A DNA stretch of 58,133 nucleotides, the filler included, from Bipalium vagum (taxonomy: Eukaryota): assembly GCA_037834085.1 (NCBI GenBank). It is 3 parts of 3 records of this genome, joined end to end, with 100 filler letters (N's around TTAATTAATTAA, not from the genome) between each part and the next. Parts side by side here need not be neighbours in the genome. Positions count along the whole stretch, not along the records: positions 1 to 20,318 come from JBBMKC010255332.1; 2 more parts are not named here. One strand, written 5' to 3'. Every line of letters begins with the position of its first letter. The stretch's first letter is position 1. Positions 1 to 12,533 of the stretch are shown piece by piece. Position numbers and translations under genes: made by a program. The notes beneath the pieces were generated by a model, which searched no databases, had not been told where the DNA came from, and was given only the letters and a program-made list of their open reading frames with translations.

Positions 1-379
1 ATGAATTGGAGCTTTGGGGACTGTTACTGGATTCTGATTTACGCTCAACCATTGTCTTTTGTTGTTAGGGTTATCGAAAGAGATCCATGTCTCGTCTGAC
101 GTCAGTGGTTTTTGATTTAAAAGTTGAAAGATTATTTTTGTTTTACTGATATCAATAAATATTAAGATTTAAATATTGAAAATTACACAATCAAGCAATA
201 TGTAGAAGTAAAGTTAAAACATGCACAACTTTGTGGTGTTTTGAAAAAAGCATATTTAGAAAAAGAGCAAATTTCTGTCTTTCCAGTGGGAGAAATATTA
301 TTATTATGTCGTTACTATTTCGTGTGAATTTTGGACTACAGAATTCAATAGCAGTTTTTTGCACATGAAATTGCAAAGA

Positions 380-700
380 CATTATTATTGGAAATCATTA
401 TCAAGAAATGATTATCAACTTAGCATGAAATTAGTCATATGAATTTCGGTGATATGTGGTTTCAACAAGACGGTGCAACATGCCTACTGCTAAGGAAACC
501 ATGAAATTATTACAAAGAAAATTTAATGGTCTCGCTATCTCACACTGATAGATTTCTTTTTGGAATTATCCTAAAGATTATGTATATATCAACAAATTCC
601 AAACCATTGATGACCTGAAAGAGGAAATTCAAAACACAATTGTTGAAGTTTCCCAATAAAACTGCCAAAATAACAATAAGAATTTTGACAAGACCCAGAC
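380..700 (+). mobile_element. Decayed rosa/DD41D-like (Tc1/mariner superfamily) transposase fragment
   Basis: Frameshifted GDMWFQQDGATC..AKETMKLLQRKFNG and DF.FWNYPKDYVYINKFQTIDDLKEEIQ; the WPxRSPD segment is deleted. Confidence 0.75.
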
Positions 701-2075
701 AACCTTATATCAAATGTTTTGTTTCACAAATAACCTCAATGCCTTTAATTTCAAAAAATTCAATTCTGCAGAAATAAATTTTATATTAACGTATAAAAAT
801 GTTAGTTCTTTTCGAAGCAACATATAGTTCTCATGAATTTAAATAAATATCATAGATTATATTTTAGACAATTATTCTATTGATAGTAGTACTATTTATG
901 AAATTTTGCTATTAATAATTTATTTAATTTCTATTTTAAAGTTACAAATTTCAGGAACAGGATTTTAAAATTTCATAATATTAACAATAATAAAAAATAT
1001 TAAAATTTCAACATTAATTAATTTTTAGACACACAATGTGCATGATACAATGATAATGATAAAATGCAATAATTTATATAATTAATTAAAAAATACATAG
1101 AAGTGTTATTTTTTATCATTATTTTTGTGGATTATTTTACCTTTATTGCTTTGATTCAAACTGTAAATAATTTTAGAAAAGGATTATTATTTATAAAAAA
1201 AGTATAATTTATTTTCATATTTATTGACTTGCTGAAACTATTATTGAGTTCCTCGGTAACAGAACGCAGAAGGTTAAACAATTACTAATCGAATGAATTG
1301 TTAATTTTATTTATAAATTATTGAATTTACAGATACCAAAAATGAATTCCTTCACCTTGCTGAAATCGATAAAAATAAATGTCTATATAATTTAAATAAA
1401 GTCACTCGGACGAAAAGTGATGCTTCTGGGAAATCCCCATTTCCTCGATTAATTATTAAAAAAATTAAAAACTAAAATTAAAAATTAAAATACAATGTTC
1501 AAAAAGTATCATATGATATGTGTGAGGGAAGGTTTTGCTCTTGGCTTTCTCAACTACGTGGTTCGTAGAAGTTTGATTCACTGACGTAACCAATTTGTTC
1601 ACCAAAAGCGACACCGACTGGATATCTTTGACTTTGGTTCTTGTCTGTTTCAAAAAGAAATACCATCTTCAAGGATCACATTGGAATCGAATGATATTTC
1701 CTAAATTAAAACATTCTTCAAGAGCTGAGATCTTTCTTTAATTCAATAATTATTGTATGACTAAGTTCTAATCTCCAAACCCTTTTATTCTTTAATTTAA
1801 AGGATGTGGAGAAAGAGGTGTTATATATTTTTACAAGTGTTTAGTTTGCTATAAACGGTGGATTTACAAATAAATATCTTTGAGAATTGTGATTGAGCAA
1901 CTTAACATAAACTGCTTATAACTCAGAAGGCTTTAGTGTGTATATGAACGGAGTTAAACTTTGAGTGACAACTTTAGTAAAAATCGATTGCAAAATAAAC
2001 TTTTAAGCGATAAACTAAGATAACAAAATTTTTTCACTAAAATATATTTTTTTATAAATCTGTTACAAAATACTT

Positions 2076-2423
2076 TTAAGTTAAAACGTACGTATTTACT
2101 TGTTTTTGTATTGTATTTTCCTTTCTCACCCAATTTCTAACCGATTGTGAACAAACATTAAATAACTGTGCTATTTGACTTTTACTTTCTCCTTCTTTGA
2201 CAAGTTCGATTGCATTAAGCTTATTTAAATTTGAAACTTTATTGGGTTTCCTAAAATTAATGAGTGCAATAAACGAGTCTTTTCCTCTCATTATCCAATA
2301 CCGAATCGTATTACAACTGTAACCAAACTTCTTGCTTATTTTGTCGACTTCAACCCCATCCTCATACATTTCTATAGCTTGCAACTTTACCTTGACATCA
2401 ATTTTTGACTTTCCCTAAACCAT
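2076..2423 (-). pseudogene. Tandem psq/CENP-B-N-type helix-turn-helix ORF with a nonsense codon at position 3
   Basis: ATG at 2423, then GTT TAG, then an open frame to 2076 with two similar units: KVKLQAIEMYEDGVEVDKISKKFGYSCNTIRYW and LNKLNAIELVKEGESKSQIAQLFNVCSQSVRNW. Confidence 0.65.
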
Positions 2424-2467
2424 TATCAAAGACTTTAGATTTTAAAATAAAATCAGGCAAATGAAAT

Positions 2468-3946
2468 TGTTAAGTTTCCCTAAAAGTGACTAAATTTAAC
2501 TTATAAAAATCAATAAGGGCTTATAGGTTACTTAACATAAACGTATGTGAATATCAGAAGGCTTTATGGGGTGTAATTCGGAACAAAATAGGATAAATGA
2601 AAACAACTGAAATCAAATACAAATATTTTTATTTGTAAAAATGTGAGTTTACAAGGGGATTTTAAACAAGAATCCTTAAATCCTTACACAGTTATCCTGT
2701 AACTTGTGGTAAGGTCCTGAGATGATTTGCCAACCCAAACTGTTGTGCAAATCACAAACAAAAAAAGAAAAATGGGAAAACAAAATGAAGATAATCCTAT
2801 AAAATAGTGATTATCGGAAGAGTGGATGATTTTAAGATAAATTTAGATAATCTGTGTAAACCGTAATAGTTTACCAGAAATAATAAATGAAATAATAATA
2901 ATTAAAAATATTAATAATAATTAAATAAATTTACTGCTTGCAAAGACCATAAACTGTAAACTAGTAAATGAATTGTCCGGTAACTGAATTGGTTCTACAA
3001 TGGATTATTCTGAAACTGAATTGTCTGGTAGCTGAACTGTTTTGATAGTTGAATTGTTTGGTCTTTTTGAATTGTTTGGTAGCTCGGATTTAAATAGTCG
3101 AACTTGTTGACAGGAACTGTTATTGTATTGTTATTTTACCAAAGGTTTTTGTGTCTATTTTCCGAATTGACGTCTCGTGTTGAACTGTGTGTGAATTGTT
3201 CTTGAATATTTTTGTTCATATTTTGGTTTTCGAATTGACCTTGTATATTATTTTTTCTAATGTTAATTTTATTTTTGTATTTAAATTATTTCCTTTTTTG
3301 ATTTTTTGTTTTAAATTATTTCTATATTTAGATTTGTATATTTTTTGCTAGATTTCTATTTTTAAAAATCTAGTATTTTCTAATTTTAGTTTTATGTACA
3401 ATTGTTTGTTTTTATATATTTTCATTGTGTAATAATTAATTAATAATAGTAATGATAATTATAAAATAATAATTGTTAGGATTTAATTTTATTCATTTTT
3501 TAAGGATTCTTATTTTTACAAGTGACAAAGATAAAAATACTTAATATTTTTATTAAAATCAAATCAAAAAATAAAAGTTTGAAGATAAAAAATTGTTAAA
3601 TAGTTCAGTTTTTCTTGAGTCTCCACAAAATGATAAAAAAATAATTGATTTTTTCTCTATAATTGGATAATAATTACAAACAAGATAATAAATATACTGA
3701 AAATTTAAAATATTGAGATTGATAAATTATTGGATAGAATATTTGGCAATCATTAAACAGTTTCTTATAACTTATTTTTTGATAGAGAAAAGAATTTTAT
3801 AAGAAAAAATTTTTCTAATGATATTTATTACTACTCGAATAACACCTCATAAATCCTTCTGATAGTAATATACGTTTTGTTGAGTGACCTAAAAGCCCAT
3901 TATCGATATTTTTAACTTAAAATCAGCCACTTTTAGGAACTTAACA
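2468..3946. mobile_element. Segment bounded by ~115-bp imperfect inverted repeats with TGTTAAG...CTTAACA termini (unclassified non-autonomous element, Ginger-like termini)
   Basis: 2468-2582 aligns by eye with the reverse complement of about 3833-3946. Related ends occur at 1838 (+), 16666 (-) and about 17453 (+). No matching TSD is seen. Confidence 0.6.
2969..3084. repeat. Degenerate 16-17 bp tandem array (TGAATTGTYYGGTAGC-like)
   Basis: About six units, e.g. tgaattgtccggtaac, tgaattgtctggtagc, tgaactgttttgatagt, tgaattgtttggtagc. Confidence 0.7.
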
Positions 3947-6859
3947 TAGGTATTTCTATTCTTATCATTACTAACCAGAGTGTTAATTCAACAGTAACAT
4001 TACATCTCGAGTGTTACTAGATGGTAGCAAATATTCCCAAATTTATATCAGTGTGCAATGCAGTCATTATAATATAATATAACGTAGTGGACGATGCCAA
4101 AATACAATTAGGAAGCACTAATTTAAATGTTATTTATTTTTTATTTGTGTTTAAATATGTTTTGAAAGAAATTTCCTTGGTACTAGTTATTCTCTGGTAT
4201 TTGCATCTGTGTTTGTCTATATTATCTGATACATCCTTCTGAATAGGTTCTTTTTAATAGGTTCACTCACTTTTGGTTAATTATATCAACATTTAGTCGT
4301 CTTTTATTTAAAATATCCAAAACTGCTTCCCTAACTTCGTATCAGAATTGTCGAATTAGTTACTCTAATTTTCCAATTTGTTTATTTAAAGTTAGCTATC
4401 GAAATCAATAAAAATATAGATTCCAAAGTCTTAGGTATAGATCTAATCTCACAATAAAAATTAAGCACAATGATTTCAATTAAATTATTAAAATAGCAAG
4501 TCATCATTTTCATGATTCTTCATTTTAAATCTCCAAAAACTTTCTAGATTTGGAATAAGTAAATAACCATATTAAGTCAATCTTTTCTAAAATTTAAATA
4601 ATAACTAAATCTAAAATTAAAAATCAAAATAAAAAAACCTTGAAAAAATAATTTAAACAAATGCGTCAGTAATGTTAAAATTGATCCAAGAATTATAAAC
4701 ATAATGCAACTTAACTTCAAATTTTTAAAACAATTGCATCAACTTTTTAAAAATTAATGCGTTTTTCTTTTGTTGCTATTGATAGTCATATGTAGTAATA
4801 ACTTATTACACAACAAAATAACTCAAAATAAGATTTTTAAGACTTATTTTGTAACTGACAAATGCATTTGGTGATAAACTTCAATTCACATTGAGGTGAC
4901 TTCAAACTTTACTAAGGACAAGCTAGATAATTCCTTAGTAATTCGGTTTAATTAGTTGATTCTCGATCGAGTGAGTAATGTTGGTTCCCGTGTATATATT
5001 TAGGATTTATTATTTATAGAACCTTCTAATATATAATCTGTTTATTCATGAAGGAAAATCGAGTATTTAATTAAATTGAAATTAATTATATGGTTGGTTT
5101 AAAATAAAAAATAATTTTTATTAAATACTATCCTAATAAGAAATTATTTAAGGCAATACTTAATAAATTATTACTGTCAATGAAATAATTAACTTATACT
5201 TATTGGTTTCATCAAAATCTATAAAATAGTTGTAAATATTATATTCCGAATGAAATATTAATTATACTATAGTTCTGTGAATAGTATTACATCCTCAGCA
5301 TTTTTGATTTACATTACGAATTAATTATGAATTTTTTTGAGTCGTTATTGAATAGTTTTATTGCTTTATTATTTTTGTAACTTATCCTATCTTCACGTCC
5401 TTTTATAGTCGTTTTTGTCCAAGGATCATGATTACTTAGTAACCCAAGTAAACAAATTCCATAACTTAAACATTTACCCTATTTTATTTTTTACTTTTAT
5501 GGTAACAAAAGCTACTGCCGATTAGTTTTACATAAAATAGCACCATTCTGGTGTTTGTTTAAACTAATCAAATGTAAATTTAATAAACCGCAAAATTTTA
5601 AATTTAATAAATATTTTGGTCTTAAACGGGTCAGAACACAAGAACAAGATTATTACCTACCACTGATTATCTGGATATCGTTTATTGCTAAATATAATCA
5701 AATATTAGCTAAAAATGAGATAAAATGACTAACTAAATTGTTATATAGGAATCTAAAAATAAATTAAATTAAACATTAAAATTAAATAAACATTTAAACA
5801 AGAGTACACCTGGTGCTATTTATTCTAAATATTAACCGCTACTGCGTTTACTGTCGTTTTTCATTATTTCATAATTATTTTTATTAACTTAATTGTTTAT
5901 TATTTTCTTAATTACTTTTAATTATTTTGTAAGAAAGAGCTTGTATTTAAACTATATAGGCAAAAATACGTTCAAAGAAAATTGATTTTCAGAGCATCAT
6001 AGGAATGTTGATGCTGTTTTTTAATATCTGAAATTATTGATAATTTTGGGGAGATTAAAAGTAGTAAGTTGTAAAGCATCCTTATCCTTTAACCAAATAA
6101 CACAGACAATGTACCATAAAGGCCAACACTATTCTGAAATCTATCATAAATTGATACAAACTGCTTAAAATATTAGTCGTAAGACTTAGTTTTGAAAATA
6201 TGTCGTCAAGCGATATAGTGAAAGTGTTAAAGACAATTTACCATTTCCATGATTTTTTAATGACAATAGTTGCATGAAATAACGATATAATGTATATTGA
6301 TATATACATATATAATAATAAACCAATAAATTTTTTAAATAAACGATTTTTAATAAACAATTCTGAAAGTAAAAAGTTATTTATCATAATACTACTTTGA
6401 TACATGTTTCGATCTTTTTCTTTCAGATCATCTTTAGTCAATTGAAATTTTTATTTTTAACGTCTCTGCAAATTAAACGTCACTCTTGAGTTTTTATTAT
6501 TTTCTTCATTATTATTGGATCAACCTAATTTATTTAATTTTAAAAATTAAAATCTTTGGGTGGTTATACCTAAATACCTAACACAAGTGAATTCAATAAT
6601 TAAAATGATTGTGAGAACATATTGGATTATAGGAACAATTAATAATTTTATTTTAAAATTGGTTTACTTTCAAACTAAATTATTTTGAATAAAAAAACAA
6701 ACTCTACTCATTTTGGAAACTTGGATTACTCCTTATAAACTACCTTTCTCTGTGTAAATGCGTTAAAAACAAAAAATGTTTCTCTGAATCTCGAAAAATA
6801 ATAAAATTAAAAATATTGTGAAACCGAATTCACCAAGTATTAGGCTTGTAGTTAATTTC

Positions 6860-7585
6860 CAACACGCCATTTCCAATCGACTACAGGGTATGGGAAAAAT
6901 TCAAATTGAAGGAAAATGGATGCCTCATGAATTGAATGAAAGGAGTATGAAAAAACGAAAAACAACATGTGAAATAATTATGGAAAGACACCGAAGATAT
7001 TCGTTTCAGCATCGTACTGTTACAAGCAATGAAGAATGGATTTTTTTTGATAATTCAGAATGGAAGAAATCATAGGTTGATCCATGCCAACCATCAATTT
7101 CGACTGCTAAGCAAAATATCTATTCGAAGAAGGCTTGGTTGTGTATCTGGTGGGACCAGAAATGTGTCGACTTGTATAAGTTATTAAATAATGGTGAATA
7201 TAAATAACAATTGATTCAAATGAACATGGTATTGAAGCAGAAACGACCAGAATTGGACAAGAGACGTGGAAAAGTTATTCTATTACATGACAATGCTCGA
7301 CCTCATGTAGCAAATTCAGTGAAGGATACGTATGTAGAACTTGGATGGGAAGTCTTACCTCATCCGCCATATTCACCAGACATGGTGCCATTTGATTTCC
7401 ATTTATTCAGATTGATGGCATATGGAGTGTCGGAACAGTGCTTTCGCAAATATGATGAAATCATATTTTGGCTTGATTAATGGCTCTGTCTGAAGAAGAA
7501 AAAAATTTCCTTTTCAATGGTATTCACAAGTTTCGAGAAATTTAGACCAATGTTATAGCTAACGATAAGAAATATGTACATAATA
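6860..7585 (+). mobile_element. Decayed mariner (DD34D, Mos1/mauritiana-like) transposase, 5'-truncated
   Basis: GKWMPHELNERSMKKRKTTCEI, HRTVTSNEEWIFFDN, LCIWWDQ, ILLHDNARPHVA, LPHPPYSPDMVPFDFHLFR; in-frame stops and a deletion. Confidence 0.92.
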
Positions 7586-9597
7586 TGTAATATATGTAAT
7601 TATGTGTTGTCTTAAAAATAAATGCATTTTGTTTTTCTGCAAAATTAATTGCTACTCGTAATACTTGATTAATAATATTTCTAACTTGTCTAATAAAATT
7701 TACAATTTATGAGAAATAAATAATTATTTTAAAATCCTAAAGTTATTATTTATGGTTTTAATCTTTTTTATGTTATCTATTTTTAGTAAAATAATTTATT
7801 TTTCACTTAAATTATTTACCAGCTAATTATATAATTTTATTTATTATGAGAGATGATCCCAATTGACAGTGTTATGTCAGTAACTCAGAGGTAGCTACTG
7901 GGATTGGCATTGTAAAGTCATCGAGAAGTTCATCGTTCTGGTATAACATGTCCAGGACTAAGTTCCCTTCAATCTGCAATCGATTGTAATTAGATCGTGA
8001 CTGGATAACTGCGATATTGCCATGTTGATCAGAAGGTTTATTTTTCGCGGTATAAGTGTGAAGTAAACTTCAATAGCCATTACTCATTTAAAATATTTAA
8101 AATTTAAACTATTTACGAACATTACGATTTTAAATTAATGAATTTCTTAACCACTATAATAAAAGCGGCAGAAGTTTTTAAAATCAAAACTTTTACTTAC
8201 ATATACCATGTATATGTACCATTAATCTTAAGTTTGTGCTAATTAATTTAATTGTATCAACTCATTATCTGTTGTTACGACTTATTCATAGGCCATGAGA
8301 ACATCATATCGTTAACATTCCATCCAGCATAGCATTATGATAGGAAGAGTCCCATTGTCAGTTAGTTTACGTAATGCGTTATGTTCCTGTTGCTTTAATA
8401 AATTTCCCGTTTATTTAGTTGTATAAGGAGGGGATCATATAGATTATTTCTAGAAAATTTATAAAACGTCCAGTACTTATTCAACATTTATATTTGTCAA
8501 CTAAGTTCTTCTCCTATGTGGTATTCTTAAGAAACTAGCCGTATTGAAGAAAAGTAGTACTCATACTTTGTTAAGACAATTCCAAATGTTAATAGTTGAT
8601 TTTAAAATTTTCAATCGAAAAATGACAATAATTTTTTCAGACTTTATTTATTTTTTATTTTGGTCTTCTTAGTTCTAGGGGCTCTATTAAATGATGGAAT
8701 ACGAGAAATCAAAACTCTTAGATCTAAGATTGAATTAGATTTAACATTTTCAGGGCTTCCTCGAGGGTCTTGTAACCTAATGCTGCCGACAATCTCGTTA
8801 ATCTAACGTGGCTGCTAATTCTGCGTAAAAGAGAAAATAATTATTCGTGTAGCATTAGTTGTCACAAAAAGATTCTCTCATTAGGTCGTTTGAGGGTAGA
8901 AGAATTAATTTAATAATTTAATTTATTAATTTAATAATTTCTTATGAATTTTCTTTTTTGACCGATAGGGGTATCTTTAAAAAAATATTTCATTATTTTT
9001 ATTATTAATGATTATAATGCTTATTAATGCCATTATTATGTTAAGAATAGGAATAAAAAAAGTAATTCTTACTTTCCGGTTTATTTTTTTCCTATATATC
9101 TCAAATCGTTTCTATAATTTTCAGTATTTTTTCTGAATTTATTGATAAAATTTTATATAAAAATAAGAATTTACTTAATACACAAATTCAATATTATAAA
9201 TATATATTAATAATAATTCATAAAGGTATGATTGAGCCAGAAGAATTATATTACGAGTAGAATTATAATTATTTTATCATAAAGCCGATTTTATAATTCA
9301 CATAATTATATATTTTAGAAAATTTGAGACGAGTTCTTTTAGACTAAATATATATATTAAAGTGAAAAATGACAAAACAGTAGAGAAAAAACTATTTTTG
9401 CTCGGCTTTTAAGGTTTTTGAGGGACGTTTCTCTGATTGTGAGTCTCCAAATTATGATAATTTTCAAAAATTAAATTTTTGGGTATAATTTAAAAATTTG
9501 TTAAAAATAAAAAAAAATATATATCAGGGATTTTAATTAATTTCCACCGTTTATGAACCGATAAAACATTTATTTTACAACATTTACAATAGATAAA

Positions 9598-10034
9598 TTA
9601 TTCAAAACATTTTCCTTCACTTTCGATTATTTTTAACCATCTTTCTGATAAAAACTGAATTCCTTTGCGACAAAACATTTTTTCCTTGGAATTAATTCAG
9701 TCAGAATTTCATTTTTATACCCTGCGTATTTAGAGAAATGTATATCTGCAAAAATGTTGCATAACTTGAAAAGGTAATAATCAGAAAGAGTCAATGATTT
9801 CCCAAACAAATCTTAACAGGGTTTTTTCTACATTTTGCGATATTTGGCTTTGCAATAGAATGACTTCGCATCTATTACTGCCTATTGCAGGCCGTGTTGT
9901 CATAATTTCTGTATTCAATTTAAATAATTGTTGTTTGTGCCGATCTCCTGTGATAGTCTCATTCGGTGATACAAGATCGTAATAAATAACTCCTGCTTGA
10001 TCCCACCAAATGCAGAGTATTGCTTTCTTGTCGT
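9598..10034 (-). mobile_element. Decayed mariner transposase, C-terminal half
   Basis: Minus strand reads KAILCIWWDQAGVIYYDLVSPNETITGDRHKQQLFKL, SDYYLFQ and GIQFLSERWLKIIESEGKCFE*. Confidence 0.85.
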
Positions 10035-11454
10035 AATACTATTGTAATTAAATAAATAAGATATTAATTTAAGAAAACATTAGTCATTCGCTGATTTCTG
10101 CTTTCTCCTTTTATTGAATTAATGAAAGTTTATTCTTTTGATTACTAATGACTCACAATTTTTTCTTTCTTCGTCCTTATTGAAATTACTCATTACCACA
10201 GAAAATTCATTTTCATTTACAAATTTAATTTAGTGCCAAGTTTTTCAGGAAAGATTACTCTGTTACATTCTTGAAAAACAAAATATGTGGAGCTATATGA
10301 AGATATGTAGGACTTAACTTTTGTATAGGTTACTTTATTTAAAAATCACTGAAATAAACAATTTAATTTATAAAATATATTTCTAATTAAATATTGAAAC
10401 AAAAACAATTGGTGAATATCGTCCTTAAATTTTAGGTTTTTAAAGAAAATTCCTCTCGCTCTTAGGCTAAGAGGTTCTGAGTAAAGAAAAACAAATTGTT
10501 TCACCGCGTGTGAAACAATAAATAAAAAAATTAGGAGATCAGAAATGGAAAAAAAAATTTTCTCAAGTCCTGGCTTGAGCCTTTGTATATGAAGTTAATT
10601 AAAAATAATCTTTGTTTTTTATTCAAGGAAAGGTCTATAAAAATATAAAATAGAATTTAATATATGATCAAATAGGAACTTTGTTTTGTATTCAAAACAA
10701 GTAAAATTTTAGTTAAACAGTAATCGAAGAAAATCTTGGATCTATCCAGTTCAACCATCTTCGTCGATTTATTTATCTCAGAACCATGAGTTCATCCAGT
10801 AACTCGGAAGAGTGAGAATAAAACAAATTCTTGTGGTCGTCTTTGATCTTCTTAGAGTACTCAACCAACACTTTTAGTAATTGCGATGAAGGTGTTTCAG
10901 GAGTATTCTTTACGGATCGGAGTTCTTCGCGTTTAAACTCAGATGTTGTCATAAATTTCATTGGGTCGATTAGTTCACTCTCTAATTTTGCCTGCAGGGT
11001 CGCAAATTGACGGTTGAGTTCTGACAGTAGTGCAGATTCTAATCTTCTAATATCATCTTTGACGTTGACTTTGTTGGCTTTCCAGTAGTCGATTTAACTT
11101 GGCATTGGTTGTTTCTGTGTTGACCAAGATATCATCGTTGGTGGTCCTCTGTTCTCGATTAATCGCATTCTGCAAAAGATCTGTTATCAAATCAATAGCA
11201 CAGTGAAACTGATAACGATTTAGAGGCCAATTATTGTATCTTTCTAAGATAGAGGAGTGTCAAGGAACCATTCTTGATTGAAATGCTCCCTTAGAGCCGA
11301 TATGGAGTACATATCATCTGGATAACAAGCCAATTTCATATTCATCTTCCCAATTTTTTTGCATCTAAGAGTCGTTTGAGCGAGCAGACACAGTTCTTAT
11401 CGGGGTAGCCTGTCTGGATTGGGATATGCACACACTATGCATTTACCGGAACTA

Positions 11455-11895
11455 TCTGGGTGTGGTGTACTATGAGTTAATGAAACCAGGAAAAACAATC
11501 ACATCGGAAATGTACAAAAACTAATTGAATCACCTGAAAGAAGTCATTGAAAAAAATAGACCATTAAATGGTGTTGGAACAAGGCCTGCAATTCTTCTGC
11601 ATGATAATGCCAGACAACACATGTCAAAGAAAACAGGACCATCTAACCTCTAGGCTCGGTAATTCTCATATATGCGACTTACTCGCATGACATGTCACCA
11701 TCAGATTATTATTTATTCAGGTCTCTTCAAAATCATCTGGCTGATTCTCAGTCCAAATAGATTGAAGATATCAAAAAATCGATCTCAAATTACATTGAAT
11801 CAAAATCGACATCTTTTTTCAGGACAGGTATCCACCAGCTACCTGAAAAACGGTTAAAATGCATAAACAATAATGGAGATTTTTTCACAAAATAA
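11455..11895 (+). mobile_element. Decayed mariner transposase, C-terminal half
   Basis: GVVYYELMKPGKTITSEMY, ILLHDNARQH, YSHDMSPSDYYLFRSLQNHL, GIHQLPEKRLKCINNNGDFF. Confidence 0.88.
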
Positions 11896-12291
11896 TCTGG
11901 GGTTATATGTTGTATATTATCAATCGTCTGACATGTAATATTATTAAAAAGTCACCTTTTCAATTTGTATAACAAATAAAGGATCACAAAGATAAGGATA
12001 AAAGATCAGAGTCTAAAATGTCAGTGTTAGAATAAATCACAATTTCTCTATCAATAATTTATGTTTATGATAGTCTGTAAAACTCTATTGATCTTATATC
12101 TCAAAAGTGTAAATGAACCGATGAGATTAAAATAATTATATTAGGCTGTATTATTTTTGAAGTTAGTTTAGATTTTTAGAATTTTCTTGTCCATTGTAGT
12201 TAGCAACATCATTTATACTACCCAGAATCTTGTTTTTGAATCGGTATTGATAACATTTTTTGAATGAGTTTTTATATTGTATTTTTTATTT

Positions 12292-12501
12292 TCAAATAAC
12301 ATATTTTCTGTTTAAATTAATTAAATTAAAGTTACCGTCTTTGAATCGGGTAAACCAGTTCTGACAAGTTCTTTCGAATAAAGTATGACTGCCATAAGCC
12401 TCTATCATTAATTTATGTGCATCACTAGGATGTATCTTTAAACGAAATAGGAAAACCAATGCTTCCCGCCTATGTTGTTTTTCAGGTACAAATTCCGTCA
12501 T
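12292..12501 (-). mobile_element. Mos1-like mariner transposase N-terminal HTH fragment
   Basis: MTEFVPEKQHRREALVFLFRLKIHPSDAHKLMIEAYG...TCQNWFTRFKDGNFNL parallels the Mos1 N-terminus. Confidence 0.85.
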
Positions 12502-12533
12502 CTAAAATGAAAATGTGTTTTAAATAGTGTTTA

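Noticed and set aside
1465-1700. Minus-strand coding-like block (YPVGVAFGEQIGYVSESNFYE)
   Set aside because: It would need a 19-bp intron or a frameshift, and I recognise no family, so it is left uncalled.
2969-3084. CRISPR-like array (also considered for 21667-21880)
   Set aside because: Eukaryotic context, degenerate units, no unique spacers of constant length and no cas genes.
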